Of a stretch of DNA of 64,000 bases, positions 56,596 to 64,000 are shown piece after piece. The stretch is taken from contig CAVPIW010000005.1 in assembly GCA_963705105.1 (NCBI GenBank), forward strand, positions 544,001 through 608,000, in the 5' to 3' direction. How positions within the stretch are numbered: position 1 is the stretch's first letter; each line of letters starts with the position of its first letter. Position numbers and translations under genes: made by a program. The notes beneath the pieces were generated by a model that was given only the letters and a program-made list of their open reading frames with translations, had not been told where the DNA came from and searched no databases. This stretch comes from an uncultured Nitrospiraceae bacterium (GTDB lineage: Bacteria > Nitrospirota > Thermodesulfovibrionia > Thermodesulfovibrionales > Dissulfurispiraceae).

Positions 56596-57883
56596 GTGAG
56601 TGATCTGATCGCATATGGCGGACTCGTTCTTGCCGTCGCCGTCTTGATCCTGCTGATGCTGAACATGCGTCGACGTCCGCTCGGAGGAACAGTCCAGTCT
56701 CGAAGGGAGGATCGCATCCGTTGAGCGGATGCTCGGGGCGATGGAGCTGCGCATGATGGAGGAGCACGCCCGGAATCGCGAAGAAGGGACCCTGAACGCC
56801 CAGAGGCTCAGGGATGAAGTGAGCGGCACTCTCCACTCACTCAACAATTCTCTCCTGTCGCGGCTTTCGGAGTCATCGGGACAGCAGAGAAGCCAGATCG
56901 AGACCCTGGCAGACAATGTGCAGCGCAGGCTCGAACGGATGCGCGATACCCTTGACGAACGGCTGAACATGGTCCGGGAAGAAAACGCGAAAAAGCTTGA
57001 CGAGATGAGGGCAGTCGTGGACGAGAAACTCCATGCGACACTTGAACGCAGACTCGGCGAGTCCTTCAGGCTTGTGAGCGAGAGACTCGATCTCGTTCAC
57101 AGGGGGCTCGGGGAGATGCAGTCCCTGGCATCGAGCGTGGGAGACCTCAAGAGGGTTTTCGCAAACGTGAAGACAAGGGGGATCTGGGGCGAGGTGCAGC
57201 TCGGAAGCCTCCTTGAGCAAGTGCTGACAAAGGACCAGTTCGAGTGCAATGTGGCCACGAAAAGGGGAAGCGCCGAGCGGGTGGAATTTGCGATACGGCT
57301 GCCGGGCAGGGACGACACGGGAGAAATCATCCGGCTCCCCGTGGACGCGAAATTTCCCCACGATGATTATGAAAGGCTCGTCGAGGCGCAGGAGCGCGGC
57401 GACGTCCCCGGTGCAGAGGACGCCGCCCGGAGCCTTGAGGTGAGGATAAAGACCTGCGCACGGGAGATCCGGGACAAGTACCTTGATCCCCCCTTCACGA
57501 CGGATTTCGCGGTCCTGTTCCTGCCCATCGAGGGGCTCTACGCCGAGGTCCTGCGGAGGCCGGGCATCTGTGAACTGCTTCAGAGGGAGTACCGGGTGAC
57601 CGTGACGGGACCAACGACACTCGCCGCATTTCTCAACAGCCTCCAGATGGGATTCAGGACGCTGGCCATCGAACGCCGTACCGGAGAGGTATGGCGACTC
57701 CTCGGCGCCGTCAAGACGGAGTTCGGCAAGTTCGGCGATATCCTCGACAAGACGCACCGGAAGCTCCAGGAAGCGAGTTCTTCCATAGAGACGGCGACAC
57801 GGAAGAGCCGCACGATCGAGAGGAAATTGCAGGAAGTGCAGGAGATGCCGCCGGAGGAGTCACTGCCCGGCGTTGATCAATAA
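56596..57883 (+). CDS. rmuC: DNA recombination protein RmuC, apparently frameshifted after its N-terminal TM (open frame from 56663, first ATG 56729)
   Basis: KTRGIWGEVQL, PVDAKFP, TTDFAVLFLP, GPTTL; TM anchor from GTG 56596 is in a different frame. Confidence 0.9.
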
Positions 57884-58186
57884 ACCTGATCGTTGCATAT
57901 GATCTCCGGAAAGGCGGGGTGTATGCGCCGAAAACCTTGCTGCGGCGACACCTGTACCATCACAAAAGACACCGGTTTAAAGCGATGTTTGAAATGCGCG
58001 CCTCTTCCTCACACTCACACTGTCACTGGCACTTTTTTCAGAGCGCTTTGCCCCGCCTTTCGGCGCATCTGCCAAAATGGTCCTCATCATCGCATTGGAA
58101 AGGCTTTGAACCATATCTGCCTTTCCGGAGGCAACGTCGCTATCAATAAGGCTTCGAGGCATTTCGTCCCGCCTTCTCATGTAACC
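57882..58186 (+). repeat. Family A copy 14 (composite: alpha-left + hexamer + delta + beta-right)
   Basis: Begins within rmuC stop (TAAACCTGATCGTTGCA); two CCCGCCTT arms. Confidence 0.92.
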
Positions 58187-58198
58187 GCCAATTAAAGA

Positions 58199-58358
58199 GG
58201 GCGGCTCAGTCAGATTGAAGAGCCGCCCTGTCGACTATGGCAGCGAGTCCTCCGGGGGGTCGTATGCACGCAAGAAATACCCTTCAATGAGGGGAAGATG
58301 ATCGTGTGTCCTTCCCGAGCCCTCCCAGCACTGCGACAGACTACCACAGGTTTCTTTC
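58199..58358 (-). ncRNA. Candidate structured ncRNA (6S-like rod?) with terminator hairpin at 58199-58229
   Basis: Non-repeat, non-coding; CTGTGGTAG pairs with CTGCCATAG, CTGGGAGGG with CCCCCCGG; AGGGCGGCTC/GAGCCGCCCT stem. Confidence 0.35.
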
Positions 58359-58477
58359 AGTCATAACGGCGTCCCCGCCCCGTGATGATCCCGACCGCAC
58401 CTCGTCCCATTCACCGGGATCCGGACTGCGGGGCCGCGCTTACCTATGTTATCGTCACTGCCCCCGGAAACTTGATT

Positions 58478-58916
58478 TTAACTCCTCGTTGCATACTCGT
58501 TCGGGAAAGGTGGGAAAAGGCGCCACTCACTCCGGCGGGAAGGCTGATGTGGTGAAAAGCCTATCCGCGAAGATACCTTGTTCATCCCCAGATCACCTTT
58601 TTCCGTAGTCCATTGATAGGAAGAGCCCGTAAGGCAACAGGCGCTGAACACCCCGATATGCACACCCATAGGCCCGACCGAATGGCGCGGTGAAGCGCCG
58701 AAAAGCATCGGTGCTGCGAAACCGCTGCCGTCCCGCTGAGTGTATGTAAGCAAAACTGTTGATGATACAGAGGATGAACTCTTCAACAAACAATAATAAA
58801 TAATCATGCTCGCTATCAGCGAGGCGTTGAGGCGCTTTGCCCCGCCTTTCGGCGCATCTGCCAAAATGGTCCTCATCATCGCATTGGAAAGGCTTTGAAC
58901 CATATCTGCCTTCCCG
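58478..58916 (+). repeat. Family A copy 15 (composite, degenerate 5' half, beta + delta)
   Basis: 58832-58912 identical to 58043-58123. Confidence 0.88.
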
Positions 58917-58931
58917 TCAGAACATGGTTCG

Positions 58932-60188
58932 TCAGCGCATTCCCTCTCCGATGAGGGACAACAGGGACGAGAAAGGGATCTCGCCCTGCTCACCCTTTTT
59001 CAGATGCTTCCATTTGATCATGCCCGCCTTGAGCTCTTCGTCTCCGATGATCAGGGCATAGGCGGCGCCGAGACGGTCCGCCTTTCGCAGTTGGCTCTTG
59101 AGGGACGCGCCGCCATAGTTCGGCTCGACGCGGTGGCCCGCTTTTCTGAGCGTTTCGGCGATCCGCAGGCCCTCGATGCCGGCATCCTCCCCGAGGGTCG
59201 CAACAAATACTGCCGGGCCCGGTCCGTCGATACACGTTTTCTCCTTCAGCAGCGCCGTGATCCTTTCCATGCCCATGGCAAAACCGATGGCCGGCGTGGG
59301 TGACCCGCCGAATTCCCCGACGAGACCGTCGTAGCGTCCGCCGGCAGAGACGGCCTTCTGGGCGCCGAGATGTTCGCTCGTCACCTCGAAGGTCGTTCTC
59401 GTGTAGTAGTCAAGACCCCTGACGAGGTTGGGATTGACGACGTGGGTGATCCCCAGGAGTCTCAACCGCCTCAGGACATCGTCGAAGTGGCATCGGCAGT
59501 CCGGGCAGAGGTGGTCCTGGATGGACGGCGCCCCTTTCCTGAGTTCGACGCACCTGTCGACCTTGCAGTCGAGGATCCTCAGGGGATTGGTCCCGTACCG
59601 GCGCTGGCAGTCGGGGCAGAGCTGGGGCAACAGGTCCCGGAAATGGCCGAGAAGGGCCTGCTTGAAGGCGGGCCTGCACTCTTCGCAGCCGATCGAGTTG
59701 ATCTCGAAGGAAATCCCCTCGATCCCGATCCGTTCGAGCAGGCTCTGCAGCATCGTAATCATCTCGGCATCGAGAGACGCCTCGGCAACGCCGAACGCCT
59801 CAGCCCCGATCTGGTAGAACTGCCTGAACCGTCCCTTTTGAGGGCGTTCGTACCGGAACATCGGTCCGGTGTAATAAAACTTCTGGGGAGAGGGGAGGGT
59901 GTGGAGGTGATGTTCGATATAGCAGCGCACGGCCGGCGCCGTGCCCTCAGGCCGCAGGGTGATGCTCCTGCCCGCCCTGTCGAGGAAGGTGTACATCTCC
60001 TTTTCGACGATATCCGTCGTCTCGCCGATGCTGCGCGTGAAGAGATCCGTCGATTCCACGACGGGAAGACGGATCTCCTGATATCCATAGAGGGAGAAGA
60101 CCTCGCGGGCCGCCGACTCGACGTGCTGCCAGATCGCAATCTCCGGGGGCAGGATGTCCTGCATCCCCTTCGGGGCGCTAAACTTCAC
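58932..60188 (-). CDS. hisS: Histidine-tRNA ligase
   Basis: LRPEGTA, FRYERPQKGRFRQF, LVRGLDYY, GGRYD. Confidence 0.98.
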   Translation of the reverse strand: MKFSAPKGMQDILPPEIAIWQHVESAAREVFSLYGYQEIRLPVVESTDLFTRSIGETTDIVEKEMYTFLDRAGRSITLRPEGTAPAVRCYIEHHLHTLPSPQKFYYTGPMFRYERPQKGRFRQFYQIGAEAFGVAEASLDAEMITMLQSLLERIGIEGISFEINSIGCEECRPAFKQALLGHFRDLLPQLCPDCQRRYGTNPLRILDCKVDRCVELRKGAPSIQDHLCPDCRCHFDDVLRRLRLLGITHVVNPNLVRGLDYYTRTTFEVTSEHLGAQKAVSAGGRYDGLVGEFGGSPTPAIGFAMGMERITALLKEKTCIDGPGPAVFVATLGEDAGIEGLRIAETLRKAGHRVEPNYGGASLKSQLRKADRLGAAYALIIGDEELKAGMIKWKHLKKGEQGEIPFSSLLSLIGEGMR

Positions 60189-60654
60189 CGGAGTCTTCCC
60201 CTTCTCTCACCTTGTCGAACTCGAGCATCCTCATGTGGCCCTCGATCAGCCTCTTCAGCTCTTCCTTGAAATGCTGCCTGATCCCCTTCAGGTCGACGAT
60301 ATCCTCATGGATTTTCACGACCTTCTCCTGGGCGCCCTTGATCAGGGTGTCGGCGTTCAACTCCGCCTCTCTTATGATGAGCTCGGCTTCCTTCTTTGCA
60401 TTCCCCTTGTACTCCTCGACCATCTGCTGCGCCGTCAGGAGCGTCTCGCGGAGAGTACTCTCCATCTGCCTGTATTCTTTGAGCTGTTCGTCGGTCCTGC
60501 TGATCTGCTCCTTCAGCGTGGCGTTTTCCCTGAGGATCTCTTCCATTTCCTCCCTGACGAGTTCAAGGAACGAGTAAACCTCTTCGACGTCAAAGCCGCG
60601 GAAAAGCCTCACGGGAAACTGCTTCTGCTGGATGTCGAGCGGCGTGATCCTCAT
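60178..60654 (-). CDS. divIVA: DivIVA-domain protein
   Basis: ITPLDIQQKQF..FRGFDVEEV, coiled coil. Confidence 0.92.
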   Translation of the reverse strand: MRITPLDIQQKQFPVRLFRGFDVEEVYSFLELVREEMEEILRENATLKEQISRTDEQLKEYRQMESTLRETLLTAQQMVEEYKGNAKKEAELIIREAELNADTLIKGAQEKVVKIHEDIVDLKGIRQHFKEELKRLIEGHMRMLEFDKVREGEDSGEV

Positions 60655-60965
60655 ATGATCCCACCTCCTTTCATTTTGTACCCTAGTTCGACAAGGGAAT
60701 GAATGATGAATTTTTGAACAAATATAATAGCAAGAATGACGACGAGAGGTGAAATATCGATGGGACCGAGACGGTGGCCGATCACTCGCCTGATGGGACG
60801 GAAAACGGGCTCCGTCACGGCATGCAGAAAGCGGACGATCGGGTTGTAAGGATCAGGGCTCACCCAGCTGATGATAGCCGAGATGATGACGATCCACGTG
60901 TATATGTCGAGCCCGATGTCGAGAACCCTGGCGACGGCGATAATGAAATTAGCAAAAATGAACAC
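60651..60965 (-). CDS. yggT: YggT-family membrane protein
   Basis: SWVSPDPYNP, TEP...IRR, IDISP. Confidence 0.93.
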   Translation of the reverse strand: MFIFANFIIAVARVLDIGLDIYTWIVIISAIISWVSPDPYNPIVRFLHAVTEPVFRPIRRVIGHRLGPIDISPLVVILAIIFVQKFIIHSLVELGYKMKGGGII

Positions 60966-61754
60966 CTAATCCCTCCTTCCCAATTCCTCTGCCCGTCTGA
61001 GTGCAGCGCCGAGGGCGCTCTTCACACATTCACGGAACCCCAGCTCCCCGAAGACGCGGAGGCCCGCCGCCGTCGTTCCCCCCGGCGAGGTGACCATCTC
61101 CCGGAGCCGCGCCGGGGGCATCCCGTTGTCGAGGAGTCTTGCCGTCCCGAGAGTGGTCTGTACGGCCAGTTCGCGCGCCGCGTCTTCATCGAGTCCCATG
61201 GAGACGCCGCTTTCGATGAGGGCTTCGACAAAGAGAGCGATAAAGGCGGGCCCGCTTCCCGAGAGGGCCGTGACGGCGTTCTGATATTTCTCGGGCAACG
61301 TGAGGACCTTACCGACAGACATGAATATGTCGCGGACAATGGCAATATCCCTGTCCGAAAAACACTCGCAGAGTGACAGGACAGACATCCCCTCCTGGAC
61401 GATGGCGGGCGTGTTCGGCATGACCCGCACGAGTTTCCTGGTCCTGACCCTGGAGGAGAGATACGAGAGGGGCACTCCGGCCGCTATGGAGACGACGGTC
61501 TGATCCTCCCTGACGGCGCCGCCGATCTCGTCAAGGACGGCAGGGAGCATCTGGGGTTTGACGGCAAGGATGATCACCTGCGAGGTGTCGACGACCTCCC
61601 TGTTCGACGATGTGACCGTGATGCCGTATGCCGACCGGAGGCGTTCCCTCTTATCCGTTTCGGGTTCCGAGACGATGATCGCGCGGGAACCGCGTGATGT
61701 CATGCCCCGGATGAGCGCCTCCGCCATGTTGCCGCCGCCGATAAAACCGATCAT
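60966..61754 (-). CDS. proC: Pyrroline-5-carboxylate reductase
   Basis: IGFIGGGNM, AVKPQ, RVMPNTP, SGSGPA, VTSPGGTT. Confidence 0.97.
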   Translation of the reverse strand: MIGFIGGGNMAEALIRGMTSRGSRAIIVSEPETDKRERLRSAYGITVTSSNREVVDTSQVIILAVKPQMLPAVLDEIGGAVREDQTVVSIAAGVPLSYLSSRVRTRKLVRVMPNTPAIVQEGMSVLSLCECFSDRDIAIVRDIFMSVGKVLTLPEKYQNAVTALSGSGPAFIALFVEALIESGVSMGLDEDAARELAVQTTLGTARLLDNGMPPARLREMVTSPGGTTAAGLRVFGELGFRECVKSALGAALRRAEELGRRD

Positions 61755-61780
61755 ACCATCTCCTTTCGTTATCATAAGTC

Positions 61781-62222
61781 TACCCTACTGCTGGAACACG
61801 CCCTCCGGAAAAGCGGGACGTAGATGCCACAGAAACAGCGGATAATAGACAGTAGTCAGTAGTCACAGGCACTGACCACCCTGATATGTACATATCGCTT
61901 CATACACTCTCCGGAAAGGCTGGGTGAACGCGCCGAAAAGCATCGGTGCTGCGACACCGCTGCCGTCCCATGCAGAGCATGCAAGGGTGACTGTTGATGA
62001 TACAAAGGATGAAAACTTTAAAATCCAATAATAAACAATCATTCTCGCTATCAGCGAGGCTTTGAGGCGCTTCGCCCTGCCTTTCCACATATCTGCCGAA
62101 ATGTCTCATCATCGCATTGGAAAGGCTTTGAACCATATCTGCCTTCCCGCAGGCATCGGCAGTGACACTGACACTGTCACTGTTTTTCAGAGCGCTTCGC
62201 CCTGCCTTTCCATGCAGGGTAT
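61781..62222 (+). repeat. Family A copy 16 (left fragment + beta + delta + hexamer composite) between yggS and proC
   Basis: Two CGCCCTGCCTTTCC arms; modules match copies 2, 9, 15. Confidence 0.92.
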
Positions 62223-62226
62223 AGCC

Positions 62227-62922
62227 TCACGCCCTCTCGCCGAATATGGCTGTGCCGATCCGGACGAGAGTCGCTCCTTCCTCGACGGCGACGGTGAAGT
62301 CATGAGACATGCCCATGGACAGCTCGGGGAGCGGGAATCCCCGTTTTTCTGCATCGTCCCTCAGCTCCCTGAGTTTCCGGAAATAGGGCCTCGTCTCCTC
62401 GGCCTCCAGATACGGGGGCATGGTCATGAGGCCGAGAGGATGGAGATTCCGCAGGGACGATATCCCTTCAAGAAGCGGAATGAGTCCCTCCACGGGGACG
62501 CCGTGCTTCGTCTCCTCTTCGGAGAGCTTCACCTGGACGAGGACCTTCTGCACCTTGCCGAGCCTTTCGGCGTGATGATCGAGCACGGTTGCGAGCTCAA
62601 GGGAGTCAACGGTATGGATCATGTCGAAGAGAGAAACGGCGTGCTTCGCCTTGTTTTTCTGAAGATGGCCGATCAGGTGCCACTCGATCGTGCTCCTCAG
62701 GGGACCGAGCTCTGCCGATGTCACCTTGTCCTGTGCCTCCTGCACCCTGTTTTCCCCGAACACCCTGAGACCGGCATGATGGGCCTCCAGAACACGAGGG
62801 GCCTGTATGGTTTTCGTGACTGCCACGAGCCGGACTTCCGCCGGGTCTCTTCCGGCACGCATGGCGGCATGGCTCATCTGTCTGTATATCCCGGATGCCC
62901 TCTCCAGGATCGTATCTGCCAT
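62227..62922 (-). CDS. yggS: YggS pyridoxal phosphate homeostasis protein
   Basis: LVAVTKT, FGENRVQE, WHLIGHLQKNK, LSMGMS, VRIGTAIFG. Confidence 0.97.
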   Translation of the reverse strand: MADTILERASGIYRQMSHAAMRAGRDPAEVRLVAVTKTIQAPRVLEAHHAGLRVFGENRVQEAQDKVTSAELGPLRSTIEWHLIGHLQKNKAKHAVSLFDMIHTVDSLELATVLDHHAERLGKVQKVLVQVKLSEEETKHGVPVEGLIPLLEGISSLRNLHPLGLMTMPPYLEAEETRPYFRKLRELRDDAEKRGFPLPELSMGMSHDFTVAVEEGATLVRIGTAIFGERA

Positions 62923-62968
62923 ACAAAACCTCTTATGTCCTGCTCATCGTATTGTCAAGACGATGGTA

Positions 62969-63247
62969 TACCTCTCGGTTGCGTGAAGAGGCGGGGCGAA
63001 TGCGCTCTGAAATACAGTGTCAGTGACAGTGTGTGTGTCAGCAAAAAGTTCACCTTTTTCAGCCGTCGGCCTGAAATAGCTTCATCGATGTCGGGCCGTT
63101 CGGGGAACGGCTCCTACAGTAATCCACTCTTTGTGTCAAAGACCACCGGTGTATAGTTCGTCTGCCCTTTTGATACAGGTGTCGGCGCAGCAAGGTTTTC
63201 GGCGCATACACCCCGCCTTTCCGGAACGCGTATGCAACGATACCGTG
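62969..63247 (-). repeat. Family A copy 17 (alpha + embedded GTAG REP + hexamer module)
   Basis: GAGGCGGGGCGAATGCGCTCTGAAA ... CGCATACACCCCGCCTTTCCGG..TGCAACGATAC. Confidence 0.9.
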
Positions 63248-63293
63248 AAAAGGCTAATTTGTCATGACGGTTAAGGTTAGCCTCTCAGCCCCT

Positions 63294-63324
63294 GCAACTC
63301 GTAACTCGCAACCCGTAACCCGTA
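63294..63324. repeat. Heptamer tandem repeat (GYAACYC)x4
   Basis: GCAACTC GTAACTC GCAACCC GTAACCC. Confidence 0.75.
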
Positions 63325-63431
63325 TAGTAAGTATCTCCGGTGATTTTATGCAAGAGAAGGCCATGCAAAGGGGAGGAGGAAAAGCCCGCGGCGACGCTGA
63401 CGGCCGCAGGATGAGTGTGCTAATATAGACC

Positions 63432-64000
63432 ATGTTGAACCGGCTGACCTTCTCGCTCAACATGAAACTCATCCTCATGATGCTTTTCCTGAGTTTCGTC
63501 CTCATCTCCATGATCCTTGTCCTTTATTCGCAGTCTGAAAAAACGCTCTTCCGCGAAATCGAGCGTCAGACGGCGGAGCTCGCAAAGGCGATCCAGATCG
63601 GTGTCGAGGAAATCACCGCCTCGGGTACCACCGATGAGGCCCGTCTCGAGCACTACCTGAAGAACCTCAATGCGAAGGGTGTCAACGAGATATCGATCAT
63701 CAGCAATTCCGAAGAGATCGTCGCCAGCAGCAATCCCTCGAAGGTCGGCCAGCCGATCACGCACAAAAGGAAGGAACTGATCATCAGGGCCGAGCTCGGC
63801 GAGCCCGTGTCGGAGGAAGGAATGGCGTATAACATGATCCTGCCCGTCATCGCCGGGGGAACCCAATATGGATACATCCACCTCAAGATCAACAAGGACG
63901 ACTTCTCCGACGTTCTGCGCCAGAACGCCATCAGCAGGATCCTGGCGACCCTTGCCGTTTTCGGACTGGGGATCATCATGACCCTCGTGCTGTCGAAACG
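63432..64000 (+). CDS. Membrane sensor protein, probably histidine kinase (3' end outside window)
   Basis: Open frame MLNRLTFSLNMKLILMML..., TM-periplasmic-TM layout. Confidence 0.7.
   Translation, partial: MLNRLTFSLNMKLILMMLFLSFVLISMILVLYSQSEKTLFREIERQTAELAKAIQIGVEEITASGTTDEARLEHYLKNLNAKGVNEISIISNSEEIVASSNPSKVGQPITHKRKELIIRAELGEPVSEEGMAYNMILPVIAGGTQYGYIHLKINKDDFSDVLRQNAISRILATLAVFGLGIIMTLVLSK

Noticed and set aside
58199..58440. SRP RNA, tmRNA or RNase P identity for the ncRNA candidate
   Set aside because: Lacks the SRP helix-8 motif, tRNA-like ends and GAGGAAAGUCC

Overview
GC-rich bacterial chromosome segment. The 16S sequence and gene content suggest Nitrospirota/Thermodesulfovibrionia, but this is inference and was not searched. 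It carries a complete minus-strand rrn operon (16S-tRNA-Ile-tRNA-Ala-23S-5S), tRNA-Cys and tRNA-Asn. Housekeeping genes include exeA/exeB-like, hrpB, a MacAB-type ABC exporter, aat, dnaJ-hspR-clpB-hsp20, an orphan infC, uvrC, PBP1A, cvpA-rmuC and yggS-proC-yggT-divIVA-hisS. Three features stand out. (1) A dense family of modular, long-palindromic intergenic elements: about 20 copies or fragments, roughly 4 kb by hand count. They have nested terminal inverted repeats, swappable internal modules and compensatory base changes between arms, and no transposase is present in the window. (2) A type-3 BREX remnant beside tRNA-Asn, reduced by in-frame deletions that create a mini-BrxC and an HD-hydrolase::PglZ fusion, still behind a consensus promoter. 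(3) A PqqD/RRE plus HprK-like kinase pair followed by an unannotated twin-arginine peptide gene with a sigma54-type promoter, whose tail is supplied by one of the repeats. Also seen: a 100-nt heptamer-repeat hairpin inside the 23S gene, a frameshifted rmuC and a candidate structured ncRNA. All calls are by eye; no database searches were run.
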